Below are positions 7,896-18,258 of a stretch of 64,000 bases of DNA, in pieces. A program made the translations under genes and the position numbers. The DNA lies in NCBI GenBank assembly GCA_964474315.1, contig CAYYSX010000002.1, positions 8,938 through 72,937 of the forward strand, read 5' to 3'. Positions within the stretch are counted from its first letter, which is position 1, and every line of letters starts with the position of its first letter. The stretch comes from an uncultured Verrucomicrobiota bacterium (GTDB taxonomy: Bacteria > Verrucomicrobiota > Verrucomicrobiia > Limisphaerales > UBA9464). Below the pieces are notes generated by a model. The model had not been told where the DNA came from and made no database searches. It was given only the letters and a program-made list of their open reading frames with translations.

Positions 7896-9509
7896 TTAGT
7901 CGTTGACACGGAAGAACTGGAGATCGTCCTCCAACGGTAGCGTGACCGTGGTCTCACTGGTGGTGGTGGTGTCAGCCCAGGACCCGGCGCTAAGCGAGGG
8001 GCGCTTCTGCACGGTGTAGGGCGGAGTGCCGCCGGTCCAGGTCAGCCGCAACTCGCCGTCCACCAACGCGGACTGCACCGCGATGGGCTGATCCGTCGCC
8101 GGATACACGACCGGCGTGAACGCGCCGCTGGGATTTAGCAGGCCGCCGTTGCCGATGGCGGTCCAGTCCACCGCCCAGTTCCCGACGCTGGTAAAGGCGC
8201 CGTAGTAGGCGGCCGGCACATAGAAGCCGTCATTCGGAGCCGACCCAGGCGCGGTGTTGGCCGGGCTGTCCGGTTGCGGACGCGGGTCCAACACCAGGTC
8301 GTCCGTCCAACTAATGCCGCGGAGTTCAGGGTCCACCTCCGTCTGGTTGCCATTGGCAGGGGCGAAGAGGGAATCGGGAGTGAAGGTGGAAACGGAGAAG
8401 TTCCACCACAGGTTGTTCTGCACGGTGGGATTGGCTCCGGTCGAAAACTCCCCGCCGGTCACCGGCTGCCCGTTGAAGTCGGTGAAGATCCCGTTGAGCA
8501 CCTTCACCTGCGTGTACGCCCGGAAGGTGAACGCATTGTTCCCCGAGCCGGCTCCTTCCCGTGCTCCCGCCCCAATCAAGGTCGCGTTGTACACTTCCCA
8601 GTTGGACACCGGCACCCCCGTGCCCGTGATCCGGTCCTGCGGTTCCCCGTTGATTTCCATCCCCTTTTCCACGCTGTCGGTCGGCTGGATCCCAAACCAG
8701 AACTGGTTCTTCCCGCTGTACCCCTGGTCCGCGTCAAAGGACTCGTCCTGGTTGAACGCACTCACCAGATACCGCGTGTTCACCGAACCCCCGAAAAACT
8801 CAAACCCATCGTCTGAGTTGGCGTACACTTCGATGTACTCCACGGTGGTACCCCGGCCCACCCCGCACAGCGACAGACCGTTCACCTCTTTGTTCGACTC
8901 CAAGAGTTTGCCTCCGTGGCGGATCGACAGGTAGCGCATCACCCCAGAGTCATCCTCGTCGTCGGCTCCGCCATAACGGTTCACAAACTGGCCGCTGGTC
9001 GGATCCTGAGTGTCAGGCAAGCCCTCATAGACGTCGTATTTGGGGCTGGCGGCATCGCCGGCGGCGCTCACCGCGTTGTTGATCCGCGCCCGTCCCAGCA
9101 CGATCACCCCACCCCACAACTGCACGTCGCTGGGTCCCAGGTCGAAGGGATCGCTGACGTCGTCCTCTTCGGCCGTGAAGATGATGGGGTTTTGTGGGGT
9201 GCCTTCGGCGATGATCTTGGCCCCCTGGCAAATGAACAGGTTGCCGAAGTTGCCGCTGGTCGTTCCCGCCACCCCCTTGATCACCGTGCCTGGCTCGATC
9301 TGCAGTACCGCTCCCTCCACCACATGGACAAACCCCTGCAACACATAGATGTTGGTGTTCTGCCACACGTTCGTCCCCGTCAGAAATCCCGCCGGTATGT
9401 TTACGGTCTCGGCGTGACCCGAGTTGAGCAACGGGAGCGTCCAGAGCAGGCTGGCCAGGAGCCGGAGCGGACGTCCGAGTGAGTTGATATGATTCATTGG
9501 ATTGATCAT
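7896..9509 (-). CDS. secreted hypothetical protein (signal peptide; conserved central YLSIRHGG...NGLSLCGVG...DDGFEFFGG region; C-terminal beta-sandwich-like tail)
   Basis: 537-aa ORF. N-terminal signal-like LRLLASLLWTLPLLNSGHA. C-terminal tail LRLTWTGGTPPYTVQKRPSL..WADT...LQFFRVND resembles the tails of the proteins at 37130 and 41875. Confidence 0.6.
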   Translation of the reverse strand: MINPMNHINSLGRPLRLLASLLWTLPLLNSGHAETVNIPAGFLTGTNVWQNTNIYVLQGFVHVVEGAVLQIEPGTVIKGVAGTTSGNFGNLFICQGAKIIAEGTPQNPIIFTAEEDDVSDPFDLGPSDVQLWGGVIVLGRARINNAVSAAGDAASPKYDVYEGLPDTQDPTSGQFVNRYGGADDEDDSGVMRYLSIRHGGKLLESNKEVNGLSLCGVGRGTTVEYIEVYANSDDGFEFFGGSVNTRYLVSAFNQDESFDADQGYSGKNQFWFGIQPTDSVEKGMEINGEPQDRITGTGVPVSNWEVYNATLIGAGAREGAGSGNNAFTFRAYTQVKVLNGIFTDFNGQPVTGGEFSTGANPTVQNNLWWNFSVSTFTPDSLFAPANGNQTEVDPELRGISWTDDLVLDPRPQPDSPANTAPGSAPNDGFYVPAAYYGAFTSVGNWAVDWTAIGNGGLLNPSGAFTPVVYPATDQPIAVQSALVDGELRLTWTGGTPPYTVQKRPSLSAGSWADTTTTSETTVTLPLEDDLQFFRVND

Positions 9510-9656
9510 GTTATGTTACCATGCCCGGCATTGTGCTGAGAGGATCTGCACCGGAGCCCCTGACCGATGAGGGCTGCGGGAAACGAGGTCATGGCCGCCA
9601 TGTTACATGACGGAAACGAAACCAACCCGGGCCAGGGACGACACGCGGACGGTACG

Positions 9657-9719
9657 GAGTACCGCCTTGAGGCGGCGGAGCGGTGGGCTTCTCCCACTGA
9701 AGGGGCGTTTCCCAACGGG
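9657..9719 (+). repeat. Family-2 intergenic repeat, copy 1
   Basis: GGAGTACCGCCTTGAGGCGGCGGAGCGGTGGGCTTCTCCCACTGAAGGGGCGTTTC aligns by eye with 54990-55048 (GGAGTCCCTCCTTTAGGCGGCGGAGCGCTGAGCGCTGGCTTCTCCCAACAACGGGGTTC). Confidence 0.65.
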
Positions 9720-9739
9720 TCGAGACCCGAGGTCTTTGT

Positions 9740-9778
9740 GTACCGCAGACCTCCGAGTCTGCTATTCCCCGCAGGCGG
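9740..9778 (+). repeat. Family-3 (GCAG-hairpin REP-like) unit
   Basis: GTACCGCAGACCTCCGAGTCTGCTATTCCCCGCAGGCGG resembles the arm GTAGCGCAGGCCTCTTGGCCTGCTGTTCCGCAGGT at 18977-19011. Contains the hairpin GCAGAC-CTCCGA-GTCTGC. Confidence 0.6.
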
Positions 9779-9980
9779 TGAACCCGCTCGCCCCCCATCC
9801 ACCTCTATGTCCACCAGGGGGACCAAAGCCCAACGGTGGCATTCTCTGCGCTGGATTGTTTGTTTTCCGGCGTGCCAGAGCAAGGAACGTCTCCACCGGC
9901 TCAAGCCGGGACTCCGTACGCCGCCTCCACGGACCCCTCAATCTCCTTGAGGAAGGGAGGGGGCGAATCGATAGCATAGG

Positions 9981-10000
9981 CGTCGGGAACCTGCCCGACG
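9981..10000 (-). terminator. hairpin 8 nt downstream of the eno stop codon (7-bp GC-rich stem, 6-nt loop, no clear U-tract)
   Basis: The minus strand reads CGTCGGG-CAGGTT-CCCGACG. Position fits a terminator or mRNA-stabilising hairpin, but no T-run follows. Confidence 0.3.
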
Positions 10001-10007
10001 TGCCGGT

Positions 10008-11354
<1,347 letters not shown>

Positions 11355-11544
11355 TCAAGGAGCCGCCCAACGGAACGTCAGCGCGTACTGCCGTCCGCGA
11401 CGGCGAAGCTCCGGCGATCGATGTGAAATGGGGCGGCCAAGTGGCGGCCAGCCAGAAGCTGCCGCTGACCCAGCTTGCCACGGCCAGTTGAGTCGAGGTC
11501 ATCGTCCGCATGGAGGCGGACGGAACGTTCGACCTCGTCTTCGC

Positions 11545-12381
11545 TCACTCGAAAATCACCGTCCGGTTGCCACACAGGAACACCCGATCCTCCAAGACCA
11601 GCCGTAACGCGCGGGCCAGGACCATTTGCTCCACGTCGCGGCCAGCCTGGGCGAGATCCGACGGATCATGAGTATGGTCCACCGGAATCACCTGCTGCAC
11701 GATGATCGGGCCGGCGTCGAGCTGGTCCGTGACGAAGTGGGCCGTGGCGCCGATCACCTTGACCCCGCGGGCAAAGGCCTGGTGATAGGGACGTGCTCCG
11801 ACAAACGCCGGCAGAAACGAGTGATGAATGTTGACGATCCGGGCCGGAAATCGCGCGACGAACTCGGGGCTCAGTACGCGCATATATTTCGCCAGGACCA
11901 GAAAGTCGGGCTGATACGATTCCACCCGCTTCAGCACCTCCGCTTCGTGCGCCGACCGATCGGCTTCGGGGAAGGGAACGTGGTGAAAAGGCAGATCAAA
12001 CCGCGCCACCAACGATTGCAGGTCGGCATGATTGCTCACGACGGCCAGCAGTTGGGCGTTCAATTCCCCGAAGGCATGACGAATCAGCAGATCCGCCAGG
12101 CAATGATGCTCCTTGGAAGCTAGGACGACCACCCTCTTGGGGGCGGGCAACGTGAACCGCACTTCGGAGTCGGGAGGCAACACCAGACCGAGTTCAGCCA
12201 GCACCTCCGTCTCGTCCACGACCCCGTCGAACTCGGTCCGCATGAAAAACCGCCGTCGTTCGCGGTCCACGAATTCCTGGTTGCCCACGACGTTCACTCC
12301 CCGGTGAAACAAGACCCCGGTGATGCGATGAACCAGTCCCGGCTGGTCGGCGCATTCGACAAGGAGAGTCTGGGGTTTCAC
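11545..12381 (-). CDS. purU: formyltetrahydrofolate deformylase
   Basis: 278 aa. N-terminal ACT-like domain (LLVECADQPGLVHRITGVLF) followed by a formyltransferase core with HHSFLPAFVGARPYHQA. Confidence 0.9.
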   Translation of the reverse strand: MKPQTLLVECADQPGLVHRITGVLFHRGVNVVGNQEFVDRERRRFFMRTEFDGVVDETEVLAELGLVLPPDSEVRFTLPAPKRVVVLASKEHHCLADLLIRHAFGELNAQLLAVVSNHADLQSLVARFDLPFHHVPFPEADRSAHEAEVLKRVESYQPDFLVLAKYMRVLSPEFVARFPARIVNIHHSFLPAFVGARPYHQAFARGVKVIGATAHFVTDQLDAGPIIVQQVIPVDHTHDPSDLAQAGRDVEQMVLARALRLVLEDRVFLCGNRTVIFE

Positions 12382-12448
12382 GGGAAGATATTCAGTCCGG
12401 GAGTGACCGCGCGGAACATCACGACGCTTCGGCCTTGGTCCACACTGC

Positions 12449-13372
12449 TCACAACTTCAAATCGGCGAACGGCTGCTGAAAGCTGTCGGAACAATGGGCT
12501 GGAGCCAGAACTTCTCGAAGATACGTCACCGCCGATTCCACATCGGTCACCGAGCGGGGGAGGGTGGTTCCCGCGGCATTGGGATGGCCACCTCCTTGCA
12601 ACCGATTGGCCGCTCCCAGTGCCTCCCCACTCAGGCTGCGAAAGCTGACCACCCAGGTCCGGTTGGCCTTGGGAAACAGGGTCACCAACACCTTGTGCGA
12701 CGTCACCTGTCGGTCCAGCAACTGATGGACGATGAGGTTGGTATCGCCCACGGTGGTATGGACCAAGCCCACCTCCGGGGAAATTTCTTCGACATGGACG
12801 CGGGCCCAGTCAAAGCCGATCGGATTCTCCACGCGGCGTTTCACCGCCATGACCTCCAGCAAGGGATGGTCGAGAAGCCGTTCCGGTTGGCCATCGCTCA
12901 ACCGGTGGAGATTCCAGAAGCCGTATTCCTTGACCAGGTTGGCGTAGTCCATCGCCAGGTCGAATTCGGGATCCTGGTTCCGCCACAGGTCCGCGATGTC
13001 ATTGAGATGCACGAGACGATCGAGGGCCGGGCTGCCCAAACCCGCCTCGCGACAGCGGTCGTACACGAGTGCCGCAGCGGAGCGGTCGAGGCTATGAATC
13101 AGGTGAGCCTGTCGGGCCGGCGTCGTGTGGACATGATGATCCACGACCAACCAACCGGGTCGGTCGAGCCGAGGTTCGAAGGTGAAATCGGCGACCCAGG
13201 CCACGCCTTCATTCATGGGCCGGGTTCTCCATCCCTGATAATTCCAGGCCTGTAACGGCACTTCGACCCCAAACTGGTGCTTCGCCAACCGCACCAGCAA
13301 CCATCCCGCAAGAAGACCATCCAGGTCGCTCTCGTGGGTACAAATCACTTCCGGCTCGGATAGGGACGCCAT
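12449..13372 (-). CDS. DHH/DHHA1-family phosphoesterase (NrnA-like)
   Basis: 307 aa. Motifs HESDLDGLLAG (DxD), VVDHHVH (DHH) and GGGHPNAAG (DHHA1). Confidence 0.75.
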   Translation of the reverse strand: MASLSEPEVICTHESDLDGLLAGWLLVRLAKHQFGVEVPLQAWNYQGWRTRPMNEGVAWVADFTFEPRLDRPGWLVVDHHVHTTPARQAHLIHSLDRSAAALVYDRCREAGLGSPALDRLVHLNDIADLWRNQDPEFDLAMDYANLVKEYGFWNLHRLSDGQPERLLDHPLLEVMAVKRRVENPIGFDWARVHVEEISPEVGLVHTTVGDTNLIVHQLLDRQVTSHKVLVTLFPKANRTWVVSFRSLSGEALGAANRLQGGGHPNAAGTTLPRSVTDVESAVTYLREVLAPAHCSDSFQQPFADLKL

Positions 13373-13446
13373 CCCTGACGCTACCCCGATGAATCGAGAT
13401 GTCGAAGAGAGAAGCGGAGAATGGTCGAGGCGGGCACCGCCGCCGG

Positions 13447-13511
13447 GTGCATCTTGATTTTGTGCCTAAACCGCGAGCCGAGCCCAACGCTCCAAAAACC
13501 AAGATCAAGGC
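13447..13511 (+). repeat. Family-1 repeat, copy E (minimal palindromic form)
   Basis: GGTGCATCTTGATTTTGTGCCTAAACCGCGAGCCGAGCCCAACGCTCCAAAAACCAAGATCAAGG. The ends ATCTTGATTTTG and CAAAAACCAAGAT are near-complementary. Confidence 0.75.
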
Positions 13512-13693
13512 CGCGTATCGTTTTTTGGATCATCCCCGCGTAAACCTCCCCGGGAAGTGGGAACCAGGAGGCAGACCGATCCGAGTGGCGAGGTCCGGGA
13601 TACGGCTTCTCTCGGCCGAGGTTCGAGCGGACGAGCCGTCCGCGCTCCGTCTCCGGTCGGAAGGGACAACTCAAGAGGCGTCCGGCGGATCTC

Positions 13694-13726
13694 GCCCGAT
13701 TATCGCCGATTATCGCCGGATTGCCG
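13694..13726 (+). repeat. tandem decamer direct repeat (CGCCGATTAT-like x2.5) about 35 nt upstream of the DUF1080 gene start
   Basis: Read directly: GCCCGATTATCGCCGATTATCGCCGGATTGCCG. Confidence 0.7.
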
Positions 13727-13761
13727 TCGTCCGCGTCCTGTTGTAGAACGGGTCCATCGCC

Positions 13762-14385
13762 ATGGGGACTTCCTCTTCGTTGCTGCTCGTCTTGGTTCTT
13801 CTTGGGGTGGTCGGCTACCCGGGGCGAGTCAGGGCCGCGGAGGAGGAGAGCTTTGTTCCGCTGTTCCACTCGGAAGGGGCACCCGGCTGGGCTCAATGCG
13901 GCCCGGACGGATTCATTTTCACCAACGGCGTGGCGTCGGCCCAGGGCGGCATGGGCTTGTGGTGGTACACCAACCGCATGTTCACCAACTTCGTTCTGCG
14001 CGGCGAATTCGTGCAGGAACAGTCGGCAGCCGATTCCGGGGTCTTCATCCGGTTTCCCCATCCGGGAAATGATCCTTGGATCGCGGTGAAGCAGGGGCAC
14101 GAAATGGAGATTGGTGATCCCGAGCCGGAGGAGCCGACCTGGCGCACCGGATCGATCTATCCCTTCAAGGCTTCCATTCGCGCCAATACCCGTCCGCCTG
14201 GCGAATGGAATGAGTTCGAACTGGTCGCCACCGGTCACAACTATTCGGTCCGAATCAACGGCGACATTGTCACGACCTGGACCGACGAGACCCAGCGCAG
14301 CACGGCGGGATACCTGGGCCTGCAAAATTACGACGACGGAAAAACGGTCCGGTTCCGCCGATTGCGCATCAAGGACCTGCCCTAA
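13762..14385 (+). CDS. DUF1080 (3-keto-disaccharide hydrolase family) domain protein, Sec signal
   Basis: 207 aa. Signal peptide, then the family pattern W...G.F...NGV..., F.L..EF......DSGVFIRF, YLGLQNYDDG, FRRLRIKDL. Confidence 0.8.
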   Translation: MGTSSSLLLVLVLLGVVGYPGRVRAAEEESFVPLFHSEGAPGWAQCGPDGFIFTNGVASAQGGMGLWWYTNRMFTNFVLRGEFVQEQSAADSGVFIRFPHPGNDPWIAVKQGHEMEIGDPEPEEPTWRTGSIYPFKASIRANTRPPGEWNEFELVATGHNYSVRINGDIVTTWTDETQRSTAGYLGLQNYDDGKTVRFRRLRIKDLP

Positions 14386-15299
14386 TGAAAGATTCTCGCG
14401 ACCGCCCGGCTCACGATCCGCCGCCCGGATTCCGTTTGGACCGGCGTTCGTTTCTAACCACGCTCGGCCTGCTGACCGCCGGCGCTGCACGACTCCCGGC
14501 CCGAGCCGCCGAGGCGCCCTGGACAACCCTGTTCAACGGACGCGACCTAACCGGTTGGGAAATCACGCTGGGGCATTCGGGCAACGAACCGGATCCGCGC
14601 GATCCGACGCAGGTGTTCCGCGTGGTCCAAGAAGACGGTGAGCCGGCCCTCCGGGTCTCGGGGGCAGGGCTGGGGGGAATCCGGACCACCGGGACGTATG
14701 AGAATTACCATTTGGAACTGGAGTTCAAATGGGGCGAGAAGCGCTTTCCGCCCCGCGCCAACGAGCCGCGCGACAGCGGCCTGCTGTATCATGGCATCCT
14801 GCCGGCCAATCGGGATACCGGCTGGATCGAGTCGCTGGAACTGGGAATCCTCGAAGGCGGAGAGACCGGCGACTTCTGGAGCGTCCCCGGCGTCCATGGA
14901 CAACGCATCGTGGTCGATGTCCGCGGCGACGACATTCCGGAGGCCCAGCGTCGTTACGGCGACCAGGCCATCCGGTTCAATCCTCGCGGCAAACCCTTCA
15001 TCGGTGTCTCCTCCGGCATCCTGAATTTCCCCGACCGTGAGAAGCCGCGCGGAGAATGGAACCGGCTGGAGTTGATTTGCCTCGGCTCAACCGCCCTCCA
15101 CGTCGCCAATGGCCGCGTCAATCTTGCCCTGACCAACGCCCGCCGGAAGATCAATGGCCGGGAAGAGCCGGTCACCCGCGGTTATCTCCAATTGCAGTGT
15201 GAGGGGGCCGAAACGTTTTTCCGGCGCCTTCGTTTGCGGTCCGTCGAGGCCATCCCGGTTTCCCTGCGCGAGGCGGCGGGATTGCCCGCCCAACCCTGA
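14385..15299 (+). CDS. DUF1080 domain protein, Tat signal
   Basis: 304 aa. Tat-like DRRSFLTTLGLLTAGAARLPARA, then W.TLFNGRDLTGW, YENYHLELEFKW and GYLQLQCEGAETFFRRLRL. The start ATG overlaps the upstream stop by 1 nt (TAATG). Confidence 0.8.
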   Translation: MKDSRDRPAHDPPPGFRLDRRSFLTTLGLLTAGAARLPARAAEAPWTTLFNGRDLTGWEITLGHSGNEPDPRDPTQVFRVVQEDGEPALRVSGAGLGGIRTTGTYENYHLELEFKWGEKRFPPRANEPRDSGLLYHGILPANRDTGWIESLELGILEGGETGDFWSVPGVHGQRIVVDVRGDDIPEAQRRYGDQAIRFNPRGKPFIGVSSGILNFPDREKPRGEWNRLELICLGSTALHVANGRVNLALTNARRKINGREEPVTRGYLQLQCEGAETFFRRLRLRSVEAIPVSLREAAGLPAQP

Positions 15300-15308
15300 A
15301 CTATCCCG

Positions 15309-16424
15309 ATGTCTCCTTCGCCTCCGATCCGTCCGGTCCGTCTCGGAGTCATCGGCGGGGGCAATGTCCTGGGTGCCTATCAGGCAACCATGGCCCGACT
15401 GAGGGAGCGAGGGTTGCTGGAAGTCACCGCGGCGTGCGCCCGCGAATCGCAGCGTGACTTCGTCCAGTCGGCCCTGCGCGGTCCCCGGTTCACGTTGGAT
15501 GCAAACGAGGTGATTGGAGCGGCAGACGTCGATTTGGTGCTGATTCTGACGTCGATGCCTGAGCATGGCCGGCTGGCCCGGGCGGCGTTGGAAGCCGGCC
15601 ACCACGTGTTGGTCGAGAAGCCGCTGGCCACGACGTGGGAGGAGGCCCGCTCCTTGGTGGAACTGGCGCGACGAAGCCGCGGTTACCTGGTTTGCGCGCC
15701 ATTCACCACCTTGAGCCCGACCTTCCAGGAAATCGGGGCGCGGATTGCCGGCGGCGACATCGGGTCTCCCGGTTTGGCCCGGGCTCGTTACGGATGGTCG
15801 GGACCCTGGTGGAACGAATGGTTTTACCGTCCGGGTGGCGGCTGCCTGCTGGACCTCGGCGTGTATTGCGTCACCAGCCTGACGGGTCTGCTGGGGCCGG
15901 CCCGGCGCGTCACCGCGTTTACCGGCATCGCCATTCCCGAGCGCGAGATCAAGGGCCGCACCCTTCGGGTCGAAGCGGAGGATCAGGCGCAGGTGCTTCT
16001 GGAGTTTGCCGGTGGAGCGCTCGCGGTGGTCACCACCGGCTTCACCATGCAGCAATACCGGACCCCCGCCCTGGAGGTGTACGGTACCACCGGTACCATC
16101 CAGATGCTCGGGGACGATTGGGATCCGGAGGGGTTTGAATTGTTCCAGAATGCCGCCGGGTGCTGGCAGGTGTTCCGGGAAACCGCACCGGACTGGCCCT
16201 GGACCGATGGGTTGCGTGACTTGGTCGAAAGCATCCAGCGCGGAGAACGGCCACGTCCGGACCCGGCTCACGCGCTGCACGTGCTGGAGATTTTGCTGAA
16301 GGCGGTTCAATCCAGTCGCGAGGGCCGGGCGCTCCCGCTCGAAAGCACCTTTGCACCCCTCACGTTTTCGCGGGGCCCGATGATGGCAGCGCACCAACAG
16401 CACGACCGCACACGCGAACACTGA
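15309..16424 (+). CDS. Gfo/Idh/MocA-family NAD(P)-dependent oxidoreductase
   Basis: 371 aa. Rossmann start VRLGVIGGGNV and the family EKPLA motif (HVLVEKPLATT). Confidence 0.85.
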   Translation: MSPSPPIRPVRLGVIGGGNVLGAYQATMARLRERGLLEVTAACARESQRDFVQSALRGPRFTLDANEVIGAADVDLVLILTSMPEHGRLARAALEAGHHVLVEKPLATTWEEARSLVELARRSRGYLVCAPFTTLSPTFQEIGARIAGGDIGSPGLARARYGWSGPWWNEWFYRPGGGCLLDLGVYCVTSLTGLLGPARRVTAFTGIAIPEREIKGRTLRVEAEDQAQVLLEFAGGALAVVTTGFTMQQYRTPALEVYGTTGTIQMLGDDWDPEGFELFQNAAGCWQVFRETAPDWPWTDGLRDLVESIQRGERPRPDPAHALHVLEILLKAVQSSREGRALPLESTFAPLTFSRGPMMAAHQQHDRTREH

Positions 16425-16432
16425 GATCTAAG

Positions 16433-17320
16433 ATGAAACCCTGGCTCATCTGGACCTGGCTCGCGGTGGTGTGCTGGGGTGTTTGGGCGGTGTTGTCCCG
16501 CTTGATCGGGGACGCGTTGCACGCCGCCCAGCAGCAGGCGCTCTCCACCCTTGGCTTGCTGCCCATCATGGCCGCCCTCGTCGTATCGGGCCGACTGAAG
16601 GCGCCCGGCCGCCGCCGGCGGGGAATCACGCTCGCGGTGGCCGCCGGAGCCCTTACCTGCCTGGGCAACATCGCGTACTACGACGTTCTGGGACGCGGGG
16701 CCAAGGCGGCCACAGTGGTGCCCCTTACGGCGTTGTATCCGTTGGTGACCATTCTGCTCGCCGTGTTGTTTTTGCGGGAACGACTCAATGGACGCCAGGT
16801 CGCAGGCATCATGCTGTCCCTGGTGGCGATTTACCTGTTCAACGTGCAGGAGGAAGGCGGCTTCCTTTCCGGCTGGCTGTTGTTGGCGCTGGTTCCCATC
16901 GCGTTCTGGGGCGTGGCTGCGTTGCTGCAAAAGCTGGCGACCGGGGATGTTTCCGGTGAATTGGCTACCCTCTGGTTTCTCGCCGCCTTCGTTCCGGTGG
17001 CGGTCCTGCTGGTGGTCTGGCAACCGCCGCCCCTCACTCTTCCCTTACGGACCTGGATCCAGGTCATCCTCATGGGCTTCGCCTTTGCCCTCGGCAATTT
17101 CGCTCTGCTGGCCGCCTTTGCCCGCGACGGCAAGGCGTCGGTCATAGCGCCGCTGGCCGGGCTGTATCCGCTGGTCAGCCTGCCCATCGCCATCCTCGTG
17201 CTGGGGGAACGACCCGGTCTGCGCGAAACCGCCGCAATCGTCGTGGCACTGATCGCTGTGTTCGCCCTTTCCCTCGAGTCCCCTCCGGCCGTCGAATCCC
17301 CTTCACCCCATTCTCTATGA
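16433..17320 (+). CDS. DMT-superfamily (EamA-type) transporter
   Basis: 295 aa. About 10 hydrophobic helices in two EamA-like halves. No soluble domains. Confidence 0.8.
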   Translation: MKPWLIWTWLAVVCWGVWAVLSRLIGDALHAAQQQALSTLGLLPIMAALVVSGRLKAPGRRRRGITLAVAAGALTCLGNIAYYDVLGRGAKAATVVPLTALYPLVTILLAVLFLRERLNGRQVAGIMLSLVAIYLFNVQEEGGFLSGWLLLALVPIAFWGVAALLQKLATGDVSGELATLWFLAAFVPVAVLLVVWQPPPLTLPLRTWIQVILMGFAFALGNFALLAAFARDGKASVIAPLAGLYPLVSLPIAILVLGERPGLRETAAIVVALIAVFALSLESPPAVESPSPHSL

Positions 17321-18258
17321 AATCCATCCAAGACCTCTTGAACGAAGGCGTCGTCCTGGGCGACGGCGGTTATCTGATCGAACTCGAACGCCGCGGCTAT
17401 GTGGACAGCGGATCCCGCCGCGAAAAGGTCGGCACCGGCCGCGGCAGTGGACAATTCACTCCCGAAGTGGTCATCGAACAACCCGAGGCCCTCCGCGAAC
17501 TACACCGCGAATTTCTTGGGGCGGGAGCGCAGGTCCTGCAGGCCCTGACCTTCTTCGGTACGCGGGAGAAACTTTCCCGCGCCGGCTACGGAGCCGACAC
17601 CGAGCGGATCAACACCGCCGCCGTGCGTCTGGCGCGCGAAGTGGCCGGAGAGCGAGCCCTGGTGGCGGGGAGCGTTTCGCGTACCCAACTGACCGAACGC
17701 GAAGGACTGGGTTCACTTGACCAGTCCCGTGCGCATCTGGCCGAGCAGATTCGTCTCCTCAAGGAAGCCGGGGTGGACTTCCTGATTCTCGAAACGTTTT
17801 TCCACCTGGCCGAGATGAACGTCGCACTGGAATGCGCGGCGGAGGCAGGTCTGCCTGCGGTGGCGACCCTAAGTTTTCGTCCGCTCATTTCCCAGTGTAC
17901 GGACGGCTTCAGCCCGGCGGATTGCGCCCGGGCCATGGCGGACGGCGGGGCGATTGCCGTGGGAGCCAATTGCGAACAGGAACCGGCCCGCATGCTGCCG
18001 CTTCTGCGCGAGATGCGGGCCGCTTCGCCGGTGCCTCTCGCGGCCCAACCCGCCGCCTTTCGCACCACGGACACCTGTCATTGCTTCACCCGACAGCCGG
18101 CCTTCCCAGACGACCTGGAGACGATCCAGGTCTCGCGGCAGGAGTTCGTCGAATTCGGCCGCCAGGCGCGCGCCGAGGGCATCGGGTACGTCGGCGGCTG
18201 TTGTGGGTGCAATGCGGCGTATATCCGGGCACTGGCCGACGGACTTTCCGAAGCATGA
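17317..18258 (+). CDS. homocysteine S-methyltransferase family protein (BHMT/MmuM-like)
   Basis: 313 aa. Motifs GDGGYLIELERRGY and GANCEQEP, plus the C-terminal Zn-ligand motif YVGGCCGCNAAYIRAL. The ATGA overlaps the upstream DMT gene. Confidence 0.75.
   Translation: MKSIQDLLNEGVVLGDGGYLIELERRGYVDSGSRREKVGTGRGSGQFTPEVVIEQPEALRELHREFLGAGAQVLQALTFFGTREKLSRAGYGADTERINTAAVRLAREVAGERALVAGSVSRTQLTEREGLGSLDQSRAHLAEQIRLLKEAGVDFLILETFFHLAEMNVALECAAEAGLPAVATLSFRPLISQCTDGFSPADCARAMADGGAIAVGANCEQEPARMLPLLREMRAASPVPLAAQPAAFRTTDTCHCFTRQPAFPDDLETIQVSRQEFVEFGRQARAEGIGYVGGCCGCNAAYIRALADGLSEA

Noticed and set aside
13381-16421. Minus-strand ORFs of 381 aa (13381-14526) and 444 aa (15087-16421)
   Set aside because: They are antisense to the DUF1080 and Gfo/Idh/MocA genes, which carry clear family motifs. 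Their composition is typical of shadow ORFs.
17832-18254. N-terminal 141-codon extension of the NagB-like ORF in the track (ORF 17832-18968)
   Set aside because: The extension runs out of frame through the well-supported methyltransferase gene and translates to Arg/Gly-rich sequence. The ATG at 18255 overlapping the upstream stop gives a normal-length NagB-like protein.
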